DNA from: Eledone cirrhosa
Taxonomy: Eukaryota
DNA length: 64,000 nucleotides
Reading direction: 5' to 3'
Assembly: GCA_964016885.1 (NCBI GenBank)
Contig: OZ024745.1
Coordinates: 72,354,001-72,418,000, forward strand
Below, in pieces: positions 1 through 12,518 of the stretch (position 1 is its first letter; each line of letters starts with the position of its first letter). Made by a program: the position numbers and the translations under genes. The notes beneath the pieces are model-generated. The model worked only from the letters and a program-made list of their open reading frames with translations. It ran no database searches and was not told the DNA's origin.

Positions 1-562
1 TTACACACACACCACTTTTTTTATAACAGCGCAGTCTTCTGATTTGCTCACTAAACTTAATTACCCAGATTTTATATCAGTATATTCACGCCTCGTCGCT
101 TATGGACATTAATGTTTCGCATTCAACGGAGTATGTTCACTTCATCTCTCTCTAACACCTGTATATACCCCGCATGTGCTACCCATGTGTCCCTGCCATG
201 TAATATCACACGTCTCACACAGGCCTTTAGAGTAAATCCTTTTGTTGTCCACTTTTCCTAGCCTCTTCTTATTCTAGCTACTATGCTTTCAGGGCAACCC
301 TTCTCCACTGGTAAGTAAGTCAGTTAAGTAGCAGTTAAGTATTCATTCCGAATACTTTTCTCCCCAACGACATCCTGAAGCATGTTTCCTCTAGAAACTT
401 CCAGTTGTCCTCCATGTCATATGTAACTATTTCCTCCTCCGTCTTGTTCGAGTAACCTAGGACACACACGCACACACACACACACACACGCACATATGTG
501 CCTACATATACATTCGGTTATATAGATGCGTATAAATGTACGTAAACATTAACCAGTATATA

Positions 563-618
<56 letters not shown>

Positions 619-1357
619 GTATAGAGAGAGTGAAAGAGGGAGAGAGGGAGGGGGTGAGGGTGAGAAAAAGAAATAAATAAAGAGAGAAGAAAGAGAAAAG
701 TAATTCTGTCTTAAATTACACAAAAAATTAACGTACCATATTATTCATTAAACCTGAAGTCATTCAAAATTTATTCCCTAGCGTGAATGCTCAAAATTGA
801 ACCATCTGAATATACACATTATCATTGCATATTTTATGAATCTATGTAGAAAAGAACCTATACGTACTCACGCTAACAAATGACCTGCCATGTTGTTGTT
901 CTAGATGCAGCTCTATCTTCTTCAAATCTTACCTCACTTTCTAAAATGTAGATAAGAATAATTTGGCCAATATAGAAGGAGGTGGAAGATCCGTAACTCG
1001 TGAAGTAGTCGAAGAGCTGCCGTCATGACATACTGTGTATCGAGGGAATTTATTAAACCTGGCTGAGTACACCACTCTCTATATCTAAATAGAGATAGAC
1101 GGGAAGAGAGAGAATAAGTGTCAGAAAGAGATACAGAGGAAGAATCTATTCCAGTATTGAACTAGTACTATGTTAAACGACCTTGAAAGACAAAGTTAAC
1201 TTCAATCTATCCAACGTACTCAGGACAACTTCAAATATCTATACACACATTATCAACCTTGCTAGTGTTACACATAAATATACATATGCAGGCCATAATG
1301 TACGAACAAATGTAAACAAGCCAACGCAGGATAGGCTACCGCTGAATTTCTATATCA

Positions 1358-1689
1358 TCTATATTACTAAAACAGAGAATGTCTGTTTGTCTGTCTGTCT
1401 GTCCAATCACTAAAACTCGAGAACCACCCAACCGATTGTTTTCAAACTTTACACATGTAATACTTATGGTCCTATTGAGTGTTTTGAGCAAAATAATTTC
1501 AAATTTTCAATGCCCTAGGCACTGCATTAGGCGATTTAGCGATCTCTGTCTATAATTCTTAGTCTCTCTCTCTCTTTTTAAATATATACATAGATATAAC
1601 GTCACGCTCCTATAATATCTGTCTGTATGCCTGACTGTCTGCATAACGTCATTAAGACGCGATCAGTGTGTGTGTGTCTATATGCATAT

Positions 1690-1720
<31 letters not shown>

Positions 1721-1901
1721 TCTTATGCCAGAGAACATCTTCACGAACCAACGTATCGTCTTCCTGTTTTCCTTCGGTTGCAACGTTTTTCGAAATACTT
1801 ACATCTGCGTTCACAGATTAATTTTTTAAATTTTAGTTTCAGAAGATCCCGTTAAGGGTGAAAGCAGAGATTCTTTGCTTAAACTTTAATCTTTTATTTT
1901 A

Positions 1902-1937
<36 letters not shown>

Positions 1938-2039
1938 TTTGGGAGGGTCATGTTGCAACATGACCCTCCCAAAGTATAACAATATCGGTTTCAACACACG
2001 TTTTCAGTTAAAGAATCTTGCTAAACAAATTCAGAAACG

Positions 2040-2076
<37 letters not shown>

Positions 2077-2254
2077 TATATTCGTGTACAGATATTTGTG
2101 CATACACAATAACAAAATATAAACAAAAGTATTGATAAAGTATTGATTTTCTTCGCACGGAAAAAACCCCTGGTAATGTACGACGAATTATTTTTGTAAG
2201 CACAAAATGTAGACACCATCCCGAGGCCGAGGTATTCCGTACTTCTCTGTACTG

Positions 2255-2303
<49 letters not shown>

Positions 2304-2455
2304 TATATTCGTGTACAGATACAGATATTTTTGCATACACAATAACAAAATATAAACAAACGTATTTATTTTACAAGGCTCGATAAGGATAAATATATAT
2401 CAAATATATAAGAACCCTAGAGCAAATCCCGAGCAACGCCGGGCCATTCTGTTAG
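1358..2455 (+). mobile_element. Non-autonomous Helitron
   Basis: Starts A|TCTATATTACTAAAAC followed by a (TCTG)n tract. Ends with the GC hairpin CCCGAGCAACGCCGGG (2428-2443) and TTAG|T (canonical CTAG). Inserted between A and T with no TSD. Confidence 0.75.
1933..2041 (+). mobile_element. Miniature PLE-family-1 3' terminus with inverted head (perfect 46-bp palindrome)
   Basis: ATGACCCTCCCAAAGTATAACAATATCGGTTTCAACACACG...GCTAAACAAATTCA matches the reverse complement of the PLE terminus at 16352-16435. 1933-1978 is a perfect palindrome. Flanked by (TA)n. Confidence 0.7.
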
Positions 2456-4152
2456 TATCTTCCTAAAATTACTCTATCTTGAAAAACGAATCATATAGAA
2501 TAAATAACTAGAATAAAATTTGTAACTTTTACGTCTGAAATGTCTATCAACATAGCACCAACAACAATAGCAACAGCATATACTGATGTATACAGACGTG
2601 TGTATATGCTTGTGTGTGTTTAGATATGTGTGCATGAAACGTAGCATAATTAAAATGAATATAATCCCATGCGCTAGCTGCTATTGTCATTGTTTTGTCT
2701 CCAAGCCAGCTTTGATAGAGCAGTCCTTTGACATATGCAGATTATGAAACGAACGACCAGGCGTGACCTGTTCTACCAGTTATATTGTGGGACCATGTAA
2801 CTGACGACTTTACGACAAGTTAAAGTTTAAAGTCTATCCCAAACTCGTAGGCATATTAAGCCGCAGAATATACACATTTAATTGGCATTTAAGCGACTGA
2901 GAGTATAATACTTCCTTCTGGAAAGGATACCAGTCCGTCGTAGGTTTAACTCCCCAGCTGTTGTTGGTAGTCATTCTCAGCTGAGTTGAATGGAGCAGTC
3001 GGGACTGATGTGATTTGTTCGAAACCACAATGCACCAGCAAGTCCAGGAAGGGAACCCTGAACATTATGTGTGTACGTGCAATACGTTAACCCCAATGCA
3101 GTGATAAATCGTTTCAAGTAGTGTTTGAACTTGTTGCATTCTCTCTATTATGTAGATTCCAGTGGTGGTTGCAGCAGATGAAAGTAAAGTAGCCTGGTCA
3201 GCTCGCAACAGTTGACGTTCCTCTGGACGTAATGTTGCTGGAGTTAATCATATCTCAGTGTTTGGGACTAAGGGGAATTTGTCGTGTGTGAATGGAAGAG
3301 ATTGTGGTTTTGTGACGCACTGATGGTAGTACCCTAATGTTTTAAATGTGCGTCTGAGGGTTTCAAGGTGATTTTTCAAAAAGACAGTAATTTTGATGGT
3401 TGAAGTTTATTACGGATGGAAACTGCGCTCGTCTTTCTAAGTATCTAATCTCTATGTCTGGTCTGTGTACAAACAGATGTTACGAAGTACGACAGTTTAT
3501 GTAAGCCGCAGTTTATTGTATATTTTGGAGAGAAAAATGGTCGTTCCGGCCAATCCATAACACTTGGTGGATCTAGTGTATTGCATGTACACCATAATTC
3601 TGATTCCTTTCTATAAGCCAATATAGCATCAGTGACTGCTCTAAGTATGCGTCTATGTAGCTTTGCTTTCTTTACCATACCTTGTATGTATGTTGAAAAT
3701 AATGTGTAGGAGTTATATGTGACTCCTATTATTGTTGTCTTGTGTATAAACGATGCGTTTACGTTGGTGAATGTGACGGTTAATTGTATTTGATACTCGT
3801 AAATTGTGTCTGGTAAGAATGAAGACAACAAGTTTGGAGAATTGCTAATGTTCTGGGTGACGCATGTAGGGTTAGAGTGTGTGTGCAGCTGTGTCTACAG
3901 AATTGTGAGAAGCTGTGTATGCGATACCATATAGCTATGTGTGTGTGTGTGTGTGTGTGTGGTTTATTTACAAGTTATGGAAGTGTCTTATAGATATAAG
4001 GATAAAAGAATGGATGGGTGTAAGAAACTTTGTGGTACTTCATTCAGGAAATAGCAATTCCTATAGGTGTTGTTTATTTGCTGTACTTAAGCTTAACGAC
4101 GTAACAGGTAGTTTGCTATGCAGCGTTTTGTTGTGTTTGGGTGTGTGTAAGG

Positions 4153-4326
4153 AATAATTGTTTCTACTTTTGGCACAAGGTCAGCAATTATCTTAGTGTA
4201 TTACTGGTACTTTATTTTATCGACCCCGTAAAGATGAAAGACAAAGTTAACCTCGGCGGGATTTGAACTCATAAAGGGCCGTAACTCTTTGCGTCAAAAC
4301 ATGGCGTCCGACCCTCTACCGATACC
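4153..4326 (-). mobile_element. tRNA-type SINE (family S1)
   Basis: Reverse complement of the S1 consensus, including GAGTTCAAATCCCGCCGAGG...TTTCATC...GGGGTCGATAAAATAAAGTACCAG...GTAGAAACAATTATT. Confidence 0.85.
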
Positions 4327-4379
4327 GATACAGAAGTAGAGAAATACAGGGAGAAAACAGAGAATATGCGTGCGCGCGC

Positions 4380-4424
<45 letters not shown>

Positions 4425-4439
4425 TGTGCGTGTGCGCGC

Positions 4440-4476
<37 letters not shown>

Positions 4477-5367
4477 TGAATCTGTCTGTAGGTTGAGTAA
4501 CTGATCAATGTGAGAAAAAAATGTGGAAGCGACATTGAAATATAGAACATGTGAATATTAGACTAATAAAAAGAGAGTAGCAGATACATAAGAAAAAAAC
4601 AAGAGTGCAAAGCTTTTCCTTTTCGCGGGGGCGAAGGTATATGTCTATGCATGGGAGTTAGAAAGAATGAGATAATGAAAACTTTAGAGAAAGTGTAGAA
4701 TAGGATGAAAGAAGATTATATTTTGGAGAATGTAGTCGGGGTGTAATTTCATACATTTGACAGACTGGTGTGCAGCGTCAGATAGTTAACAAGTTAGAAT
4801 AAGGGAGGGGAAGAGAATGAAAGGTAGTATAATGATGTAACGGTAGAAATGTAGAACTAAATTAGTAATATTTTCTTGTGGGAGATTTGTCTTAGTGGAT
4901 CTTTTGTCTGTTCGTAGTTGTTTTAAGTTAAATTCCCACTGAGAATATGAAACGAGGGTTATTGCAATAAGCTAACAAAGAACTACTAAAGAATATCGGT
5001 GTCACTAGATGAGATTTTGTCCGTTGTCGATATAACTAAATCAACATACTCTTTGAAAATGCGATAAATTCTTTTTAAACATTAAGTTAGCAGTGGCCAG
5101 CAACTTTAGAGGTCTTTCCCGACTTATGTCCAGCGACAACATCTGCAGACAATACATAGAAGAAAAATAAATTGTGGACATGATACAGAGAAGAAACATA
5201 TTTCTACCAACATTCTTAAAATTTATGAAATGATTTAAAATCATTTTAATTTCATATCCTCTAATCTCGAATTATTGTAATTTTTAATGGAAAAGAAAAT
5301 ACAAACACTTGAAACAATATAAGAAAGAAAAATATTCATGTAGATTATTCAGAAAATACTTTACACA

Positions 5368-5432
5368 CTGTTATATTTGGGGAAGCTCATGTCGTCCTAA
5401 TATTGCCAGAAAAAATAGTAGAACACACTCAC
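5368..5432 (-). repeat. Diverged copy of PLE-family-1 terminal module
   Basis: TGTTATATTTGGGG...AATATTGCCAGAA...AGAACACACTCACT matches 16413-16477. Confidence 0.5.
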
Positions 5433-5751
5433 TACAATTAGTAGAAAGAAACTCTTTCTGGGATTTAAAAAATCTAAACAACAGCAAGAGGCAATAGAAT
5501 CGGATCTAATGATATCGGTAAAGCGAAATATTTGGAAAATATAGTCGATGCTGATAAGAATGTATCTAGTTTTTAGAACAAACGTTTCGATCGTTTTGGA
5601 TCTCCCAAACGAAGTATATTTATCCCTTTGGATCCTATCCACCATTCATCTTCGTTGAGTCTCCCTAATTATCTATTAATATGATTTACACTGTGTTTTC
5701 TCTGATTGTAAGAATGTGGAACGCCAAAAATATTCTTACTGTATTAAATAA

Positions 5752-6050
<299 letters not shown>

Positions 6051-6387
6051 AATTCTCTCAGCCCTCTGTCTATATATATATAGACAGAGGGGTGAGAGAA
6101 TTGCTTTTAATATTATCTGTGTTGATACATGTAACTTTAATATTAAAATGTCATATTTTAATATTTGGTGGCCGTTTCTAATTAAACCTTGGAATTTCCG
6201 CGGTGTCAACTAATATATTTTAGTATAGGAACTTATAGATAAAGAGTGAATGCATTAGAGTTTGCACGAAGTAAAGTTATCCTCCCACCCTTTCTATCTT
6301 TTTTGTCAAATAGAATATAAAGGAGAATGTATATTACAATTCTCAATTTATTTCATTTCCTTCTTTTTAAATCGTCGCTTTCTTAGG

Positions 6388-6745
6388 GGAATTATCTTCT
6401 TCCCATTCCAGGGAGACCAACCCCTTATCTGGAATGTGACATGCTGAGACACGTTTTCCGCCTTCAACCTAATCGTTTCGGCCACACTCCTCGGTACCGC
6501 GGCCCGCAATGCAAAGGACAGCAAGATAAGCAAATACCAGGGCTTGTCCGGCGGCTTCATCTTTGCACCGGTCGCAGTGGAGATCTCATGTGTTCTCGGA
6601 CCCCGTACAGCTGACCTCCTAAGCAAAATCGGAATGACAGCATCCCGTTTTAGGAAGGAGCCCCACAAGGTGGGGTGGCTCTGCAGCGGGTGTCGCCGGC
6701 CATTGTCGGCGGCAATGCCTTTGCCATTTTGTCCACAGGGCGCAA
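6388..6745 (+). mobile_element. 3' fragment of CRE-clade non-LTR retrotransposon (restriction-like endonuclease), degenerate
   Basis: Translation GIIFFPFQGDQPLIWNVTC*DTF...KISKYQGLSGGFIFAPVAVEISCVLGP...(frameshift)QRVSPAIVGGNAFAIL resembles the CRE RLE pattern (LIWDxTCxDT, KxxKY, FxPxAVETxG, QRLSxAIxxGNA). Confidence 0.7.
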
Positions 6746-7469
6746 CCAAAACACCATTTTTACTTAACTGTAAAGTCTGTCACACTTTCCCTTTCACCAT
6801 TGTTCTCGCTGCTTAATAATCCTTGTCCTTTTCGTCTCATTTATAGTCTTTTTCAATGCTTTTCTTTTTTTTTGACTATCTTTTGATTTGTTTCCTTTCA
6901 ATATTTCATATTCATTATATATTACATAAATTGTGTTTATATATTAATAATATATTTGAAGATCTTGAGTGTGAGCGATATTATGAGTTTGTTTTAGCTT
7001 TCCTGATTAATTATAAAGTTACTGATGTATTTTTTATTAATTTGTCATATATAATCTCATTTTAAGTTAATAACTATTTTTATTTTCAAAATTAGTATAC
7101 ATTTCATTAGTTTGTGGGAGTACTATCAAACGTGAAATTAAATGTATATCATCTGATGTTAACGAGTGTCAAAACGTATAGTCTAAATTACCTATCATAT
7201 GACATATAATACTCTGGGTTTATAATATAACCAAATGAATTTCAAACGAGTAAATAGCAAGTAAATAACAAACAAAGCAGCAAACAAATACAGAATAAAC
7301 AACAAAACATGGGAATTCACGGCTGTTGTTTTGATTACTTGGAATATGAAGAGCTCTGAAGCATTTCAAGAATTCGTTTAAAATTAGATTCTAGGCCAAC
7401 TACATCGTCAAAAATTATACACTGAATTATACATTGGGTTGGATAAGTTCATGTGCCGTAAGGAAAAGA

Positions 7470-7735
7470 GGCAATGATGGTACTTGTGGCCTTTGGTGTG
7501 AAATTGTAGCACCATATGAAAGATGGCAATGAGGGACATAGTAGAATGGTGGGCGTCATGTGACATGAACAGACAATCTGCAGCAGGAAACAAGCCAGAA
7601 ACTGAAGAGGGTAATGATGGATATGGAAGAAGATACAGTTCTAGAATTTATTAAAGAAATCAAGAAGGCAGTGGTGAACAGAAAAGTATGGAAAAGGGAC
7701 GTTGGTGATTTAGTTCGGGTGGAGTCCGGTCTAAC
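7470..7735 (+). mobile_element. Highly degenerate RTE-like LINE C-terminal fragment
   Basis: Peptide MEEDTVLEFIKEIKKAVVNRKVWKRDV resembles the C-terminus of the 9246-9545 fragment. Confidence 0.3.
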
Positions 7736-8019
7736 AAAGAACGAAAGTACCCAACTAACGTCCGCGTGGAGAATAAGATATTGAAGTTTCGAGAATGGCA
7801 TTTCGTCTGTGAGAAAAGAGACAAATCAGCTGATTAATGTTTTTTTCCCAGATACAAATGTCGGTCCAAAAATTCAGATATCTTTCTCCGTCGCATATGA
7901 ACCTATCCAAACTGATGACCTTCATGTAAAGAAGTTACAGTTATAGGTAGAGATACACACATACTTGTATACATCTGTGTATACAAGATCGAGTGTATGT
8001 GTATCTGAGTATATGGAAG

Positions 8020-8340
8020 TATGGTGCAGAACCGATGCTCCAGGAGTCCGCTGCGCAATCTTAAGAAGTTCGATCCCACTATATGGTATATTGGGCAAGT
8101 GTCTTTGTCATAGACTCGGGTCTCCCAAATCTTGTCAGTGAAACTGGGTAGAAGAAAGTTGTTTGGAAGTTCCGTCGGACGGATGTTACTTGTACGTTAA
8201 ATGTCTAGAGATCACGTACTATTTCACGTTGATTCGGTTTGGGAATTATATTAAAGGCACATGTGTTTATGGAATACGCAACTATTTACACGTTAGATGT
8301 TCAGTTAATCAAACAACAATGTCGATAACGACGGAGGATC
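8020..8340 (+). mobile_element. Old degenerate tRNA-derived SINE (family S2)
   Basis: GTTCGATCCCACT...TTGGGCAAGTGTCTT...CTCGGG...CTTGTCAGTGAAA... Similar blocks recur at about 10000-10340(-), 15515-15836, 27555-27850 and 29592-29900. Confidence 0.5.
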
Positions 8341-8377
8341 ATCGAATATCAGTATATCTATGCTCATTTATGTGCAG

Positions 8378-8378
8378 C

Positions 8379-8434
<56 letters not shown>

Positions 8435-8435
8435 C

Positions 8436-8472
<37 letters not shown>

Positions 8473-8528
8473 ACAGCAGTAGTAGTAGTAGTAGTAGTAG
8501 TTGTAGTTGTAGTAGTAGTAGTAGTAGT
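8378..8528. repeat. (AGT)n microsatellite
   Basis: Directly visible; explains the poly-S/L/T/Y ORFs. Confidence 0.95.
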
Positions 8529-9245
8529 TTCGTCGGTTCGGATAATTGATATTCCAGTCCAATTGAATTCATGAATTGTTTGTGAAATTAACGTGCAAGT
8601 GGCTGGATATTCCGCATAGACGTGTTCTAATACACTTAACGTACATTTCAGGGAGATGCCTTGGGACGCAATTTGTGTCAATGGTGGCCCATTAGATTAC
8701 AGGTATCACTAATGTTAGTTATCTGAGTAGTCTAGAGCAACGTGAAATGAAGTGTCTTGCATATGGACTCGCGGAGAATTGAACACACTGATGTTTGTGA
8801 GCAGAACACCTAAACACCAAGCTATACGCCTTCACGTTTATGACTACACTTGACCTTTAATCTATTACTTCCTATACTTTGGATTTCTTTATAAAACAAT
8901 CAACATTCTAACGCCGCGTGTTTCCTTTTAATTAACAAGAAGCTTAAAGTATTAATTTTTTAATGTTAGAATATATATGCTACCGATACAATCACTCACT
9001 ATGAAATTCAAGAGGATTGTTCAAACATAAAGTGACTACATACGAAGATATTTTCCAAAAATAAGTCAATTGAAAACATTAACCGTGTTTGCATTATTCA
9101 AAACAACTACTACATATTACACAAGGATATTTAAAGAGGTATTGTTACTGGTGCATAACAATTTCATTAGTCTATGTGCAGCGAATTTCGTATGCTGCTT
9201 TAACACCATTTAACTTCAAATGGTATTATGTATATATATATACAC

Positions 9246-9545
9246 TGAGGATGAAAAACTCAGAGCTGTATGGGAGCATCCCAAAAGTCAGCTCAAAAGT
9301 GACACAGAGGAGACTGAGGTTGGCTGGACATGCTCACCGACATCCAGAGTTGACATTGCACGCAGTGCTCCTTTGGGAGCCCCTACATGGACACACTAGA
9401 AGAGGAAGACCAAGGTTAACATATGTTGATGCCCTAAGGACAGACACTGGTCTGTTGGAGATGCAGGATATGGCAGCGATAATGAGGGACAGAGACCGCT
9501 GGAGAGAACTCGTCCATGGATCTCGGGAATTTTACCCGCCTTAGA
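9246..9545 (+). mobile_element. 5'-truncated RTE/RTEX LINE 3' end
   Basis: LYGSIPKVSSKVTQRRLRLAGHAHRHPEL...[29 protein letters not shown]...[10 protein letters not shown]. Bounded by TA-rich repeats. Confidence 0.8.
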
Positions 9546-9605
9546 TAGATATAGATATATATATATATATAAAACAAAGCCGAATTTTCGGCTTTGAAGC
9601 GCATA

Positions 9606-9667
<62 letters not shown>

Positions 9668-9668
9668 G

Positions 9669-9713
<45 letters not shown>

Positions 9714-9714
<1 letters not shown>

Positions 9715-9976
9715 TATAAAGGAAGTGCTCACGCAAGGAAATGCTATAAAAATAGCTTATAAAATAGTGTCAAGACTCTTAAAAGACGGAAAAAGAAGTT
9801 GGCATCGGCCGCTGTAAGGAATTGAACCCATATCTTCCAGATAAAGCGTCCAGCCGGTATCTGGAAGATATAGGGTTCAATTTCACACACCGGCCGATGG
9901 TTAACTTTTAAGGGTCTTCACCTCATTTTATAAGCTATCTTTATAGCATTTCTGCGCTTGACCACTTTCTTTATAC
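9714..9976. mobile_element. Foldback/MITE-like element with long imperfect inverted arms
   Basis: Arms of about 120 bp (GTATAAAGGAAGTG...TATCTTCCAGATA / TATCTGGAAGATA...CACTTTCTTTATAC) around a 14-nt loop. Confidence 0.7.
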
Positions 9977-10550
9977 ACACACACACACACACACACTACC
10001 GTCGATTTTGGCGATGAGCGTTCCGCTTTTTCAATCAACGGCACATCCTGTCCATAACATCAACGTGTATGTGACCAAGGATTCCACAGTCACGTGTACC
10101 TTTAACGTATTTTTCGGAGTTATTCTGCGTCACAGTGTGTGTGAACAAGTCTGTCACTTTGAATTACTGGTATAGTCCATCTGACGATCTTCTAACCAAT
10201 TTCTATCTAGCCAATCTCATTCACCAGGCATGGATCGAACGGCAGTTATGGTATATGGCACTCAACCAAGATGTGAGGCAGTGGAATCGAACATAGGACC
10301 TAGAAAGCAAACTCCTTAAATATTTCGCCATGCTGCGTCCATTTATCTATATAAAACACAATACCCAGGCCTTCCTGCCCTGAAATTCAGACATCTAGTA
10401 CTCCCCCCCCCCCCTCGCCCCCTCTCTCTCTCCCCTCTCCCCTCTCTCTCTGCTCAAGTCTTAGTATGTTGGTAATTAAAAGAATAATTCTGGTCACGTT
10501 GACAAAAAATATATGAAAAACATCATGGAAATCTATTAGAATATTTCCTG

Positions 10551-10740
10551 ATAATTGTTTCTACCTTTGGCACAAGGCCAGCAATTACCCAGTGCATTAC
10601 TGGTACTTTATTTTATCGACCCCGTAAGGATGAAAGGCAAAGTTAACCTCGGCGGGAACTGAACTCAGATCGTAAAGGGACGTAACTATGCTGGAAAGCA
10701 TGGCGTCCGACCCTCCGCCGATACTGCCAATCCACCGCCC
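10551..10740 (-). mobile_element. SINE S1 (full length, tandem partner)
   Basis: Full consensus match from GGGCGGTGGATTGGCAGTATCGG to GTAGAAACAATTAT. Confidence 0.9.
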
Positions 10741-10742
10741 TA

Positions 10743-10934
10743 AATAATTGTTTCTACTTTTGGCACAAGGCCAGCAATTATCCAGTGCATTACTGGTACT
10801 TTATTTTATCGACCCCGTAAGGATGAAAGGCAAAGTTAACCTCGGCGGGATTTGAACTCAGATCATGAAGGGAGGTAACTCTATTCTTCAAAGTATGGCG
10901 CCCGACCCTCTACCGATACTGCCAATCCACCGCC
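10743..10934 (-). mobile_element. SINE S1 (full length, tandem partner)
   Basis: Second copy directly abutting the first. Confidence 0.9.
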
Positions 10935-10941
10935 AAAGATA

Positions 10942-11221
10942 ATGATCGATGATTATGATGATGTTGATAATGAAGACGGCAATGATGATGATGGTAATGG
11001 TGAGGATAGTGAGGGTAATGAGGATGATATTATTACCATCCTTATAATGATGATGGTGATGACAATGGTAATGTTTATAGTGATGATGATTAGGAAGAGG
11101 ATGATAATGATGATAATGAGAATTACGATGTTGATGATGATGAGGAGGAGGAGGAGCAGGAGGAGGAGGAGGAGGAGGATGGTAACGTTGGTGGTGACAA
11201 TGTTGATATCGAAGATTGATG

Positions 11222-11260
<39 letters not shown>

Positions 11261-11363
11261 GTGATGTTGGTGATGTTGATGATGATGGTGGTACTGCTGG
11301 TGGTGGTGGTGGTGATTGTGTTGTGGTGATGGGGGTGGTGGTGATGATGTTGATATTGATGTT

Positions 11364-11412
<49 letters not shown>

Positions 11413-11530
11413 TGATAGTGGTACTGCTGATGGTTGTGGTGATTCTGTTGTGGTGACGGGGGTGGTGGTGATGATGTTGATATTGATGTTGACGTGAGAG
11501 AGAGAGAGCGAAAAGAGAGAGAGAGTGAGA

Positions 11531-11612
<82 letters not shown>
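10942..11612. repeat. Low-complexity (GAT)n/(GAG)n/(GGT)n/(GA)n region with an internal ~130-bp duplication
   Basis: Directly visible. Confidence 0.9.
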
Positions 11613-11615
<3 letters not shown>

Positions 11616-12329
11616 GGTGAAATATAATGAGGAAGGGGGAAGGCGGTGGATAGAACTGGAATAGTGGATTTGATTGCGTATTTTAAGATTTCATCATGTT
11701 GATTAATGAGAAAATATATGAGACTGTAAGCATAACAAGTTTTCTGTGCTAGTAATGAGGATCATGTTTTTTGTTGTGAAGGCTATACTAATGTTGAAAC
11801 GTGTAATAGTGAGGACGACATGTATTCTAATATGACGCTACGTAAGGATTTAATTATCAGAGAGAAAATCCATAATTTAGTTTCAGTATATTCAAGATTA
11901 GGGTTTCAGTTATCAGATTTTCATTTTTTCATAGAAATACTCCTTTTCGTAGCAATGTTGTGGAAAAAATTCTAATGGAAAAAGTCAACAAAATCTATAA
12001 CAAAAAGTAGAAGAGAATTTTGGTTTGACTGCAGGTTATGGGTAAATACACTCGCCAAACATTTCACACAGTGCGACTGAACCCGAAACCTTATGAAGTT
12101 GCCCTTATATAGTGTTTTCTGTTTTCTGTTTCGATTTTTCAGCACTACAAAATTTCACAAATTATATTCTCCAATCTCTCTCTCTCTAAAGACAGAGAAA
12201 TGAAGTGAGGGAGGGAGAGATAGAGATACTGAGAGATGCGCTATTATTAATAAAATATCTACCTGATTGAATAGACATTTTGCTGTCCCCTGTTATCCAA
12301 TACCATTTAGAATATGAATATATATATAT

Positions 12330-12446
12330 AAATTAAATTAACCGATATAAAAGACACAGAAGCGTAAAGCGAAAACCAACCAAACAGTGAGTGTATTCTG
12401 TTATTAATTCTGGCAATATTACACAAATATGACCCTCCCCAAGTAT

Positions 12447-12452
<6 letters not shown>
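12330..12452 (+). mobile_element. Solo 3' terminus of PLE family 1 in a (TA)n array
   Basis: Near-identical to 21243-21360 (AAATTAACCGATATAAAAGACACAGAAGCG...CCTCCCCAAGTATAACAAT). Confidence 0.8.

Positions 12453-12518
<66 letters not shown>

Noticed and set aside
10942-11412. 156-aa acidic/Met/Arg-rich ORF
   Set aside because: Built from (GAT)n/(GAG)n/(GGT)n/(GA)n repeats, with no domain or splice evidence.
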